DNA from: Wenzhouxiangella sp.
GTDB lineage: Bacteria > Pseudomonadota > Gammaproteobacteria > Xanthomonadales > Wenzhouxiangellaceae
NCBI GenBank assembly: GCA_041685745.1
Contig: JAWLFD010000001.1
Coordinates: forward strand, 1 to 37,615
Length of the DNA: 37,615 nt
Direction of reading: 5' to 3'
Numbering within the stretch: the stretch's first letter is position 1; every line of letters starts with the position of its first letter. The notes beneath the pieces were generated by a model. The model searched no databases. It saw only the letters and a program-made list of their open reading frames with translations, and was not told where the DNA came from. A program made the position numbers and the translations under genes. This document shows positions 7,512 to 17,939 of the stretch, one piece after another.

Positions 7512-10079
7512 CTACTTTTCGGTCGACGGCAACTCGGTCGTTCCGACGATCGAACTGAAAAACAAGGCGTTGGCAAACAGGCGTTCGGTGCCCGACCAGT
7601 ACCCCCGGAACAGATAATCGTCGGCCATGCGGACGACGGCCCCGGCGCCGTGACGGGTCACGCTCAGTGCCGGACTGCCGGCCAGGCGCTCGCGGTTGTC
7701 CTCGGACAGAAAGCCTGAAACCAGCACGTCGTCGGTATAGACCGCCACGCTGGCGTAGGGGTTGGCAGCCGCCTGCAATCGCTGGCGTCCCCGCCGCATG
7801 ACCGCCAGGCCCTCGCGCGTGTAGCCGAACGCCAGCGGATGGGTCGGGTCGAGCATCACGCCGAGCACGCTGCCGCCGATGAGCTCGCGCGCCCGATCAT
7901 CCCGAAAGTCCCCGTAGGCTCGACGCTCCGGAACGGTTTCCTTTTCATCCTCGGTCGCTTCTTCATCGACCAGTTCCCATTCCAGCGGCAGCGACTCCAC
8001 CCAGGCCGAGGCACGCCGGGCCGCCAGCAGGATTCCTCCTGAGTCGACAAAATCGACCAGCTTTTCGGCGGCCGGCTCGGGCAGGGCCGAGTAATTGCCG
8101 TCGGGCAAAATGATGTGGGTGTAGTCCGACAGGTCGACCCGGGTCAGGCGCAGCCAGTCCAGGCGCGTCAGCGGCTGGTGGAGGTAGCGGTCGAACCAGT
8201 GCCAGACATAGCCGGCGTGGTTGGCCGAAAGCCCCGGGCCGACCACCATGGCCGGCCGCACGGCATCGACAACCGGCACCGACGGCGAGCCCAGGTCCAA
8301 GCCGCTGTCGGCCAGCCCCGAAGCGGTGGCCAGCACCTTGGCGCCATGCTCGCCGGCCAGGGCGCTCAGGCGCTCCCCCACCGGTGCGGCGTCATCGGGC
8401 TGCAGGCCGCGATGAATCACCAGGCTGCCGCGCCCGAATTCACGCGCCTGGTCATCGACCAGACGCAGAGTGCTCGGCCTGGTCAAGACCTGCACCTTGT
8501 AGTCGTCCGCCAGCAGCGCCGCCAGCAACGGCGGCGCGCCGCGCTGATCCCAGGGCACGATCCACGCCAGCGCATCGGCGGCGGGAAGGCCGGGACGGTA
8601 AGCCTCGATCGATGCCAGCGCTTCGCCCCGGGCCGGCAGGCGGCGAACCGCGGCCAGCGGCAGATCGAAGCTCAGCCCCAGCGGCCAGGTCGAGACATCG
8701 TAAAAAGTCTCCATGCTCGGCTCGGTCACCGGCTCGAACACCGAGCGCAGGAGACGATACTGATCCTGATCGGCCGGAACCGCCCAGGCCGTGCCGACCG
8801 GCTGCCGCTGTCCGTCGATGGTCACTTCCTCGGTCACCGGCGCCACGGTGATGCCGTGCCGGAGCAGCAGCGCAACCAGTTCGCGGCCGCGCGCCGGATC
8901 GCCGGCGTCGCCGAAGATCCAGCCTTCGTTGCGGTCGCGATCGGCATCCTGGCGCGCGCTGCGGAAGAATTCGGCCTGGTAGGCAATCAGCTCATCGGCC
9001 TGCGCGACGCCGCCTTCGATGGACGACAGGCTGGTGCGCACCTGATTGGCCACCGCGTCGGCGAAGGTTCGCTGGCCGTAGTCGGTGTCCTGGACATGGC
9101 CGCGCACCGAACCCTGCTCGAACAGGATTCCCACCGAGCCGGTCAGGTCGGGATAGGTCGAGCCCTTGCCCGCGTAATAGTCGTCGAAGGTTTCGCGGGT
9201 GTAGTACGGCTCGGCGGCTTCGTCCAGGCGGCGGGCGTGGTATTCGGCGATCCTTGCGGTCAGGGCGAAATTGCGCGCCGGGGTCAACGGATTGTTTCTG
9301 TCCGGCACGCCGGGCTGGAAGAAATAGGTGCTGTTGGGCCCCATTTCGTGATGATCGGTCACCACGTGCGGTCGCCAGGCGTGGTACTGCGCCAGGCGCG
9401 CCCGGGATTCGGGATGGACCAGCGGCAGCCAGTCGCGATTGAGGTCGAACCAGTAATAGTTGGTCCGGCCGTTCGGCCAGTTCTCGTGGTGCTCCCGATC
9501 GGCCGGATCGCTGACCGGATGGACGCCGCGATGCATGTTGACCCAGTGGGCGAAGCGATCGACGCCGTCGGGATTGAGCACCGGCTCCATCAGGATCAGC
9601 GCCTCATCGAGCCAGGCCGCCACTTCGTCGTTGCGGGCCGAGGCCAGGTACCAGGCCGTGATCAGCGCCGCGGTCACCCCGGAGGCTTCGTTGCCGTGAA
9701 CGGCATAACCCAGCCAGATGACCGGCGGGCCGTCGCCGGCGCGGCTGGCGCGGACCCGATCGGCGCGCAACTCGGTCAGCCGCGCCTGGCGTTCCGGCGA
9801 GCTGAAGACCAGCAGCTTCAGCGGGCGCAGGCCGTGAGTCCGCCCGATCTGTTCGATCGATACCCGCTCGGAAGCCTCGGCCAGGTAATCCAGGTAGGCA
9901 ATGACCTGATCATGGCGCAGGTGGCGCTCAGCCGGGTCGAAGCCGAGAAATTCCGCCGGCGCGGCAATCTCGGGATCCGGATCGAAATCGTCCGGCAGGC
10001 CCGGGAAGGCGGCGGCCTGGCCGGCCACGAAGAACAGCAGCAAGAGCGCAAGGCAGGAACGGGGACAGTTCAAAGGCAC
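7512..10079 (-). CDS. Secreted M14 family zinc carboxypeptidase with long C-terminal extension
   Basis: Signal peptide; HGNE, NPDG, DLNRD and DHHE zinc/substrate motifs; C-terminal glutamine-amidotransferase-like region with no obvious catalytic Cys. Confidence 0.88.
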   Translation of the reverse strand: MPLNCPRSCLALLLLFFVAGQAAAFPGLPDDFDPDPEIAAPAEFLGFDPAERHLRHDQVIAYLDYLAEASERVSIEQIGRTHGLRPLKLLVFSSPERQARLTELRADRVRASRAGDGPPVIWLGYAVHGNEASGVTAALITAWYLASARNDEVAAWLDEALILMEPVLNPDGVDRFAHWVNMHRGVHPVSDPADREHHENWPNGRTNYYWFDLNRDWLPLVHPESRARLAQYHAWRPHVVTDHHEMGPNSTYFFQPGVPDRNNPLTPARNFALTARIAEYHARRLDEAAEPYYTRETFDDYYAGKGSTYPDLTGSVGILFEQGSVRGHVQDTDYGQRTFADAVANQVRTSLSSIEGGVAQADELIAYQAEFFRSARQDADRDRNEGWIFGDAGDPARGRELVALLLRHGITVAPVTEEVTIDGQRQPVGTAWAVPADQDQYRLLRSVFEPVTEPSMETFYDVSTWPLGLSFDLPLAAVRRLPARGEALASIEAYRPGLPAADALAWIVPWDQRGAPPLLAALLADDYKVQVLTRPSTLRLVDDQAREFGRGSLVIHRGLQPDDAAPVGERLSALAGEHGAKVLATASGLADSGLDLGSPSVPVVDAVRPAMVVGPGLSANHAGYVWHWFDRYLHQPLTRLDWLRLTRVDLSDYTHIILPDGNYSALPEPAAEKLVDFVDSGGILLAARRASAWVESLPLEWELVDEEATEDEKETVPERRAYGDFRDDRARELIGGSVLGVMLDPTHPLAFGYTREGLAVMRRGRQRLQAAANPYASVAVYTDDVLVSGFLSEDNRERLAGSPALSVTRHGAGAVVRMADDYLFRGYWSGTERLFANALFFSSIVGTTELPSTEK

Positions 10080-10149
10080 GGTTGGTCGCAGGGCGTGAAG
10101 TGGGCTGCTAGGATAACGGCTCTACGGAAACACTTGGGGACTGACCGCC

Positions 10150-10779
10150 ATGAAACTGTCTTCGATCGATCTCACCGACCAGCACCCCATCGATGCGCGT
10201 TTTGCCTTCGGCAAGCTCGCCGACGATGCCCCGATGGCCCTGTCCGACAACATCTCGCCGCACCTGGCCTGGACCGATGCGCCCGCCACAACGCGCTCGT
10301 TCGCGCTGTTTTGCATCGACCCGGACGTGCCTTCGGAGGCCGACGACGTCAACCAGGCGGGACGCGTACTGCCCAGGGACATGCCCAGGGTCGACTTCTG
10401 TCACTGGGTCATGGTGAACATCCCGCCCGATGTCACCGAGCTTCAGACCGGTCAGTGCAGCGACGGCGTCACGCCCCGAGGCAAGCAGAACCCGCCCGGC
10501 CCGGCGGGTTCGCGCCAGGGTCTCAACGACTACACCAGCTTCATGGCCGGCGATGCGGACATGGCCGGGCAGTATTTCGGCTACGACGGCCCCTGTCCGC
10601 CCTGGAACGACGAATTGCTCCATCGCTACGTCTTCACCGTCTACGCGCTCGACGTCGAGCATCTGGAACTACCGGCGGTGTTCACGGCGCCGGAGGCGCT
10701 CAAGGCCATGCAGGGTCACATCCTGGCCGAGGCCAGCCTGACCGGCACCTACACCCTCAACCCGTCCGTGAAGGGATGA
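10150..10779 (+). CDS. YbhB/YbcL family (PEBP/Raf kinase inhibitor-like) protein
   Basis: DPDVP, FCHW, YDGPCPP and HRYVFTVYALD motifs; GGGGA RBS. Confidence 0.92.
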   Translation: MKLSSIDLTDQHPIDARFAFGKLADDAPMALSDNISPHLAWTDAPATTRSFALFCIDPDVPSEADDVNQAGRVLPRDMPRVDFCHWVMVNIPPDVTELQTGQCSDGVTPRGKQNPPGPAGSRQGLNDYTSFMAGDADMAGQYFGYDGPCPPWNDELLHRYVFTVYALDVEHLELPAVFTAPEALKAMQGHILAEASLTGTYTLNPSVKG

Positions 10780-10782
10780 GGT

Positions 10783-10831
10783 AGCTCATTTTCCGAGCAC
10801 TTGCTCAATGCAGGTGCTCTGATTTTGAGCG
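10783..10831 (+). promoter_or_regulatory. Tandem NtrC-type enhancer boxes upstream of glnA
   Basis: AGCTC-N7-GAGCA (10783-10799) and TGCTC-N7-GAGCG (10815-10831), centres 32 bp apart; a third TGCTC-N7-GTGCT at 10802-10818; all resemble TGCAC-N7-GTGCA. Confidence 0.7.
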
Positions 10832-10842
10832 GACCGGTCTCG

Positions 10843-10878
10843 GAAATGGGAGGCTGACCGCCGCAGCCCCCCATTTTC
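10843..10878. terminator. Imperfect inverted repeat; possible terminator of the ybhB-like gene
   Basis: GAAATGGG-A-GGCTG / loop ACCGCCG / CAGCC-C-CCCATTTTC. Confidence 0.45.
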
Positions 10879-10883
10879 GTCAT

Positions 10884-10899
10884 TGGAACGTTTTGTGCA
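10884..10899 (+). promoter_or_regulatory. Sigma54 (-24/-12) promoter of glnA
   Basis: TGGAAC-GTTTT-GTGCA with GG at 10885-10886 and GC at 10897-10898 (GG-N10-GC), about 47 nt before the glnA ATG. Confidence 0.8.
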
Positions 10900-10945
10900 T
10901 TGCCATAGCCGTGCTCATTCATCCAACAAGGAAGCCTGCTCAACC

Positions 10946-12355
10946 ATGACTCCGACTGAAATCATCAAGCGCATCCGCGACGAAGACATCGAGTTCGTCG
11001 ACTTTCGTTTTGCCAACACTCTGGGCAAGGAACAGCACGTCAGCGTGCCCTCCTCGGCCATCGACGAAGAATTGCTGACCGACGGCAAGATGTTCGATGG
11101 ATCCTCGATCATCGGCTGGAAAGGCATCAACGATTCCGACATGGTGCTGATGCCGGACTGCGAGGCCACGTTCCTCGACCCGTTCGCCGAGCACAAGACG
11201 CTCAACATCAACTGCGACATCCTCGAGCCGGCCACCATGCAGCCCTACAGCCGCTGCCCGCGGTCGCTGGCCAAGCGCGCGGAGGCCTACCTGAAATCCA
11301 GCGGCGTGGCGGATTCAGCCTTCTTCGGACCCGAGCCGGAGTTTTTCGTGTTCGACTCGGTCCGTTTCGGCAACGACATTTCCGGCGCTTTTTTCGAGAT
11401 CGACGCCGAAGAAGCCGCCTGGAACACGGCCAAGAAGTACGAGGAAGGCAACCACGGCCACCGGCCACGGGTCAAGGGCGGTTATTTTCCGGTCCCCCCG
11501 GTCGACGGCCTGGCCGACCTGCGCTCGCTGATGTGCACCACCCTGGAAAGCGTGGGCATTCCGGTCGAGGTCCATCACCACGAAGTCGGCACGGCCGGCC
11601 AGTGCGAGATCGGCACGGTATTCAACACGCTGACCCGCAAGGCAGACGAGTTGCTGATTCTCAAGTACGTGGTCCAGAACGTGGCCCACATGCACGGGCG
11701 CACGGCGACATTCATGCCCAAACCGCTGGTCGGCGACAACGGTTCGGGCATGCACGTCCACCAGTCGCTGTCCAAGGGCGGCACCAACCTGTTTGCCGGC
11801 GACGGCTACGGCGGCTTGAGCGAAACCGCCCTGCACTACATCGGCGGCATCTTCAAGCACGCCCGGGCGATCAACGCCTTCGCCAACTCCACCACCAACA
11901 GCTACAAACGTCTGGTGCCGGGCTTCGAAGCACCGGTGCTTCTGGCGTATTCGGCGCGCAACCGCTCGGCCTCGTGCCGGGTGCCGTGGGTGTTCAGCGA
12001 CAAGGGTCGACGCATCGAGGTGCGCTTCGGCGACCCGGCCGGCAACCCCTACCTGACCTTCGCGGCGATGATGATGGCCGGCCTGGACGGCATCGTCAAC
12101 AAGATCGATCCGGGCGCGCCCATGGACAAGGACCTCTATGACCTGCCGCCGGAAGAGGAACAGAACATTCCGCGGGTCTGCCATGCGCTTGACCAGGCGC
12201 TGGAAGCGCTCGACGCCGACCGCGACTTCCTCAAGGCCGGCGACGTGTTCTCCGACGACCTCATCGACGGCTATATCGCGCTGAAAATGCAGGAGGTCAC
12301 CCGGTTCCGGATGTCGACCCATCCGGTCGAGTTCGATATGTACTACTCCTCCTGA
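10946..12355 (+). CDS. glnA: Glutamine synthetase type I (GSI-beta)
   Basis: [43 protein letters not shown], adenylylation site DLYDLPPEE; AAGGA RBS; the track's TTG start at 10883 lies inside the promoter. Confidence 0.98.
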   Translation: MTPTEIIKRIRDEDIEFVDFRFANTLGKEQHVSVPSSAIDEELLTDGKMFDGSSIIGWKGINDSDMVLMPDCEATFLDPFAEHKTLNINCDILEPATMQPYSRCPRSLAKRAEAYLKSSGVADSAFFGPEPEFFVFDSVRFGNDISGAFFEIDAEEAAWNTAKKYEEGNHGHRPRVKGGYFPVPPVDGLADLRSLMCTTLESVGIPVEVHHHEVGTAGQCEIGTVFNTLTRKADELLILKYVVQNVAHMHGRTATFMPKPLVGDNGSGMHVHQSLSKGGTNLFAGDGYGGLSETALHYIGGIFKHARAINAFANSTTNSYKRLVPGFEAPVLLAYSARNRSASCRVPWVFSDKGRRIEVRFGDPAGNPYLTFAAMMMAGLDGIVNKIDPGAPMDKDLYDLPPEEEQNIPRVCHALDQALEALDADRDFLKAGDVFSDDLIDGYIALKMQEVTRFRMSTHPVEFDMYYSS

Positions 12356-12371
12356 ACCGCCGTTTCACCTC

Positions 12372-12398
12372 CGGCCGTCGTCCCAGGGGCGACGGCCG
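12372..12398 (+). terminator. GC-rich hairpin downstream of glnA (terminator or mRNA-stabilising stem)
   Basis: CGGCCGTCG...CGACGGCCG 9-bp stem, extendable with G-U/C-G pairs, 16 nt after the stop; no U-tract. Confidence 0.5.
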
Positions 12399-12419
12399 AT
12401 CCCCGCGTCCCGGCCCAGG

Positions 12420-12452
12420 CGCGCAAATTTTGTGCAGTTGCGGCAGTACAAT
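12420..12452 (+). promoter_or_regulatory. NtrC-like box overlapping a putative promoter for DUF4124-ntrBC
   Basis: CGCGC-AAATTTT-GTGCA (12420-12436) with one perfect half-site; TACAAT -10 at 12447-12452; no clear -35. Confidence 0.55.
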
Positions 12453-12489
12453 GGAGGCTGGCATCTTGATGATCCAGAAGCGACGCGCC

Positions 12490-13008
12490 ATGTTCCCATT
12501 CCTGCGATTTTTCCTCGCCGCCCTCTGGCTGATCGGCACCAGCGCCGTCGCCCAGCCCATCTACCGCGTCGTTGACGAAAACGGCAACGTGACCTACACC
12601 GACCAGAAACCGTCCGAAGATTCCGAGCCGCTGGACCTGCCCGACATCAACGTGATCAGCGAGATCGACCCCGAAGTCGAATCGGTAATCGAGCCCGACG
12701 GCCCGGGTTCCGACATCGAGCCGTTCCAGATGGCGATCGCCGAGCCCGCCGACGGCAGCGTGATCGCCAACGGCGAGGGCCGAATCGACATCCGCCTGGA
12801 CAGCAACCTGGACATCCCGCCGGCCGCGCAGCTGGTGGTGTATCTGAATGATCAGCCGCAGCCGCCGGTCCGCACTCTGGAGCTGACCCTGGCCGATCTG
12901 CCGCCGGGCGAATATCGCCTGCGCGCCGAGCTCCAGACGCCCAGTGGTCGAGCGCTGGCCGAGACCGCATCGGTCACCGTGCAACTGCTCGCCGCCGACT
13001 CCGGCTGA
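12490..13008 (+). CDS. Exported DUF4124 domain protein with C-terminal Ig-like domain
   Basis: Signal peptide ending AVA-Q; IYRVVDENGNVTYTDQKP DUF4124 signature; PADG...L.LND...LPPGEY Ig-like pattern. Confidence 0.8.
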   Translation: MFPFLRFFLAALWLIGTSAVAQPIYRVVDENGNVTYTDQKPSEDSEPLDLPDINVISEIDPEVESVIEPDGPGSDIEPFQMAIAEPADGSVIANGEGRIDIRLDSNLDIPPAAQLVVYLNDQPQPPVRTLELTLADLPPGEYRLRAELQTPSGRALAETASVTVQLLAADSG

Positions 13009-13018
13009 CCGGGCCGCC

Positions 13019-14030
13019 ATGGACATGGTCGATCCCGACAGCCTCTACACCGGCATCCTGATCATCGGAACCGAGGGCACCATCGACCGGGTCAACCAGG
13101 CGGCCGCCGATTTTCTCGGTCGATCGCCCGCCAGCCTCCAGGGCACCTCGCTTGAGCAGGCCGATCCGGCGCTGGCACGCTGGTCGCAGCGTCTGGCCCA
13201 GGGACACCGCAGTTTCCAGGCCCCGGAAGCCTCGTTGAGCTCGACCGGCCAATCCACCGACGCGGTCTTTACCCGCATCGAGCAGGGCGTGCTGATCGAG
13301 TTGCACCCGGTTGCCGAACGATTGCGCCAGCGTCAGCTGGCCAACCGGGCCGACCAGCAGCAGGCCGTTCACATGCTCTCGCGCCGGCTGGCCCACGAGT
13401 TGCGCAATCCGCTGGCCGGGGTGCGCGCCGCCGCCCAGCTGATCGGCAGCCAGACCAGCGAACCGGCGCTGCAGCGGCACGCCGAGATGATCCAGCGCGA
13501 GGTCGACCGCATTACCGGTCTGATCGAGCGCTTTGCCGGCGAGCAGAACAACGCGTTCGCGCCGGTCAACCTGCACCGGGTTCTGGAAGAGACCGGCGAA
13601 CTGGTGGTCGCCGAGCGTCACGGTTGCCTGGACCTGATCAAGGACTTCGACCCGAGCATCCCCCAGTTGATGGCCGACGGCGACCGGTTGCACCAGCTGG
13701 TGCTCAACCTGGTTCGCAACGCAGTCCAGGCCGAGGCCGGCAGCATTCGGCTGGTCACTCGCATAGAACACGACTCGCCCATGGTCGACCGGCCGGCGCG
13801 ACATGCCGTGCGCATCGAGGTGCTCGACGATGGCCAGGGCGTGCCGGAAACCCTGCGTGACCGGCTGTTTCTGCCGCTGGTCTCCGGACGCGACCAGGGC
13901 TCGGGCTTCGGTCTGGCGATCGTGCAGCAGATTGCCCGCGCCCACGGCGGTCTGGTCGAATACCTGCCGCGCTCGCCCGGCAGCGCTTTCATCGTTCGCC
14001 TGCCGTTGATCGCGGCCGAGGAGCCCGACC

Positions 14031-14038
<8 letters not shown>
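13019..14038 (+). CDS. ntrB: Nitrogen regulation sensor kinase NtrB/GlnL
   Basis: N-terminal PAS-like domain, H-box LAHELRNPL, N-box LNLVRNAVQA, DDGQG, GSGFGL; DFDPSIP; overlaps ntrC. Confidence 0.92.
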
Positions 14039-15419
<1,381 letters not shown>

Positions 15420-15425
<6 letters not shown>

Positions 15426-15440
15426 AGCCGGCCTTCAGTC
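15420..15440. terminator. Inverted repeat spanning the convergent ntrC and tsaC stop codons
   Basis: GACTGAAG-CCGGC-CTTCAGTC; no U-tracts. Confidence 0.35.
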
Positions 15441-16436
15441 GTCGACGCGCGTCCACGCCGACGACGATTTTCGCAGCCGATTGACTACCCCTTCCCAGGC
15501 CGGATCGGCCAGAACGCTCGCCGGAAGCACCAGATCGATGGAGCGCTCCGGCCGGGCGTCGGCCCGGCGCAGGGCCGCATACAGCGCCCGGGCCGCCGAG
15601 GCGGGCCGGTCCGGCAGTTCGACCAGAACCGTCGTCGGATCCGCCTGCCGCAGGCGCTGAAGCCTTCGGGCCGCGGCCTGATCGGCGACCATCGTCACTC
15701 GCAGCGGCTTGGTCGGCCGGTAATGAATCGCCATGCTTCCCGGCACGGACCGACTCGCCGCGGCAGATTCGGGCGCCGGCAGCGACAACTGCCAGCCGGG
15801 CGGAAGCAAAGCGCGCAGCCGCTCCTGGTCGATCTGGCCCGGACGCAGCCACCACAGGGTTCGGGCCGTCTCATCGACCGCCACGATGGTGGACTCGATG
15901 CCCACCCGACACCGGCCTCCTTCCAGGACCAGCACATCCTCGGAAGAAAACACCTCGGCCACATCGGCCGCCGAGGTCGGCGACAGCCGGGTAAAGAGAT
16001 TGGCGCTGGGTGCGACCACGGGAGAGCCCAGCGCCTCGATCAGGGCCAGCGCCACCGGATGATCCGGCATCCGCAGCGCCACCGTATCCTGCCCGGCGGT
16101 GATCCGGTCTGAAATGAGCGGCGAACGCGGCAGGACGAGGGTCAGCGGCCCCGGCCAGAAATGCACGGCAAGGGTTTCGGCCAGCCCGGGCCAGTGGTCG
16201 ACACAGCGCCTGGCCTGTTCTCGACTGGCCACGTGCACGATCAGCGGATGGTTCGCCGGACGACCCTTGAGCGCGAAGATTCGCTCGATCAGCGTCGGCC
16301 GATCGATCGGGGCGGCCAGTCCGTAAACGGTTTCGGTCGGGATCGCGATCAGCCTCCCCTGATCGAAGGCACCGGCCAGCCGACGCATTTCATCGCGATC
16401 GGCAAGGTCGGGCGTCACGATCGAATCGACGGCCAC
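15435..16436 (-). CDS. tsaC: L-threonylcarbamoyladenylate synthase, two-domain Sua5/TsaC2 type
   Basis: PTETVYGL, KGRP..HPLIVH, FWPGPLT, PSAN, GIEST, linker PG...HY plus C-terminal SUA5 domain; GTG at 16436 just after the dtd stop (the track ORF is over-extended). Confidence 0.92.
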   Translation of the reverse strand: MAVDSIVTPDLADRDEMRRLAGAFDQGRLIAIPTETVYGLAAPIDRPTLIERIFALKGRPANHPLIVHVASREQARRCVDHWPGLAETLAVHFWPGPLTLVLPRSPLISDRITAGQDTVALRMPDHPVALALIEALGSPVVAPSANLFTRLSPTSAADVAEVFSSEDVLVLEGGRCRVGIESTIVAVDETARTLWWLRPGQIDQERLRALLPPGWQLSLPAPESAAASRSVPGSMAIHYRPTKPLRVTMVADQAAARRLQRLRQADPTTVLVELPDRPASAARALYAALRRADARPERSIDLVLPASVLADPAWEGVVNRLRKSSSAWTRVDD

Positions 16437-16438
16437 GA

Positions 16439-16879
16439 TCAGTCGACCTCCAGCCAGAAAGTGACCGGTCCGTCGTTGACCAGGCTGACCTGCATGTCGG
16501 CCCCGAAACGCCCGCTGGCGGTGCCTGGCCAGTCGGCCCGCGCCCTGTCGATCAGCTGCTCGAACAGCACCGCGCCCTCGGCCCCAGACGCGGCGGGCGT
16601 GAAGCTGGGCCGATTGCCGGCGTTGGTATCGGCGGCGAGAGTGAACTGCGGCACCAGCAGCAGGCCGCCGCCGGTCTGGCGCAGGGCGAGATTCATGCGG
16701 CCCAGCCGGTCGGCGAAGACGCGGTAGTTGAGCAGGCGCTCGACGAAGCGATCCAGTCGTTCGGCCCGGTCGCCGCGCCGGAACCCGACCAGGACCAGCA
16801 GCCCCGGGCCGATGCGGGCAATCTCCTCTCCCTCCACTGCAACCGCGGCAGCGCTTACCCGCTGCAACAGACCAATCAT
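16439..16879 (-). CDS. dtd: D-aminoacyl-tRNA deacylase
   Basis: LLQRV, QFTLAADT..GNRPSF, FGADMQVSLVNDGPVT (Gly-cisPro motif); GGAG RBS. Confidence 0.96.
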   Translation of the reverse strand: MIGLLQRVSAAAVAVEGEEIARIGPGLLVLVGFRRGDRAERLDRFVERLLNYRVFADRLGRMNLALRQTGGGLLLVPQFTLAADTNAGNRPSFTPAASGAEGAVLFEQLIDRARADWPGTASGRFGADMQVSLVNDGPVTFWLEVD

Positions 16880-17048
16880 CGGCATCTCCCGGCGTCATGA
16901 GCGCGCTGTCGTGCAGCCCGTGCTGGATCAGCGCCACTGATTATAGGCGCCGAGGCCCGGCTACCGCCATGGCCACGCCGGATTGTCCGGTCCGCGAGCT
17001 TTGCAGGTATCCTCTCAGGTTGTTGACCCCGCGCCTGTCGCTCCGCGC

Positions 17049-17939
17049 ATGAAAATCACCCTGGCGCTGCTGCTGATTCGCCTGCTGAGCTGGCTGCCGC
17101 TGCGATTGCTCTACGGCCTGGCGCTGGTCCCGGCCGGCATGCTGTATTGCCTGCCCTGGCGCAAGCACCGGGTGATCCGAACCAATCTGGAGATTGCTTT
17201 CCCGGAATGGACCGCGCGCGAGCGCAAGCGCCTGCACTGGCAAAACCTGGTCGCCATGTCTCGCCTCGTGCTGGAATCCGGCGCGGTCTGGTACTGGTCG
17301 TCGACACGCCTGGACCAGGCGGTTCGGGAAGTGCGGGGCCGGACCCACCTGGCGCGCGCTCGAGCGGCCGGCCGGGGCGTGCTGATGATCGGCGCGCACC
17401 ACGGCAACTGGGAGATCAACGCCCTGCACGTGGGCCTGCACAACGCGTTCAGCGGCCTTTACAAGGCGCCGCGGGACGAGCAGGTCGATCGGGCCGTGAC
17501 CGCGTCGCGCACCCGTTTCGGCAACCGCCTGATCGCTGCCGGCTCCCCGGCCATGCGCCACATGCTGCGGGAGCTGAAAGCCGGAGGAACGGTCGGCCTG
17601 CTGATCGACCAGCAGCCGCGCCAGGGCGAGGGCGTTTTCGCGCCGCTGTTCGGCCGCCCCGCCCTGACCATGACCCTGGTCAGCCGCCTGGCCCGCCGAA
17701 CCGGCTGCGCGGTGATCTTTTCGGATTGCCGAAGGCTTCCGCGCGGACGCGGCTGGCAGCTCGAATATCGGCCGGTGGACCCGGCGGTGGGTGACCCGGA
17801 TCCGGTGGTTGCAGCCACCGCCCTGAACCGCTGCCTGGAAGAACGGATTCGTCAGCAACCCGACCAGTATCTTTGGCTCTACAAGCGGTTTTCGCTGCAG
17901 CCCGAAGGCTGGTCCGACCCCTATCGCGAGCAGCCGTGA
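17049..17939 (+). CDS. Lipid A late acyltransferase (LpxL/HtrB-like) paralogue 1
   Basis: N-terminal TM, HHGNWE (Hx4E), LIDQ, PDQYLWLYKRF. Confidence 0.88.
   Translation: MKITLALLLIRLLSWLPLRLLYGLALVPAGMLYCLPWRKHRVIRTNLEIAFPEWTARERKRLHWQNLVAMSRLVLESGAVWYWSSTRLDQAVREVRGRTHLARARAAGRGVLMIGAHHGNWEINALHVGLHNAFSGLYKAPRDEQVDRAVTASRTRFGNRLIAAGSPAMRHMLRELKAGGTVGLLIDQQPRQGEGVFAPLFGRPALTMTLVSRLARRTGCAVIFSDCRRLPRGRGWQLEYRPVDPAVGDPDPVVAATALNRCLEERIRQQPDQYLWLYKRFSLQPEGWSDPYREQP

Noticed and set aside
8115-10784. 889-aa plus-strand ORF, the longest in the track
   Set aside because: Shadow of the M14 peptidase running out of frame through the ybhB-like gene; no RBS or domain features
15435-16937. 500-aa ORF suggesting a long N-terminal extension or dtd-tsaC fusion
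   Set aside because: The extension overlaps dtd in another frame; dtd has its own stop and tsaC has a GTG at 16436
16940-17013. Divergent -10-like hexamers between dtd and the acyltransferases (TATAAT minus, TATCCT plus)
   Set aside because: Plausible but lacking properly spaced -35 elements; too weak to call
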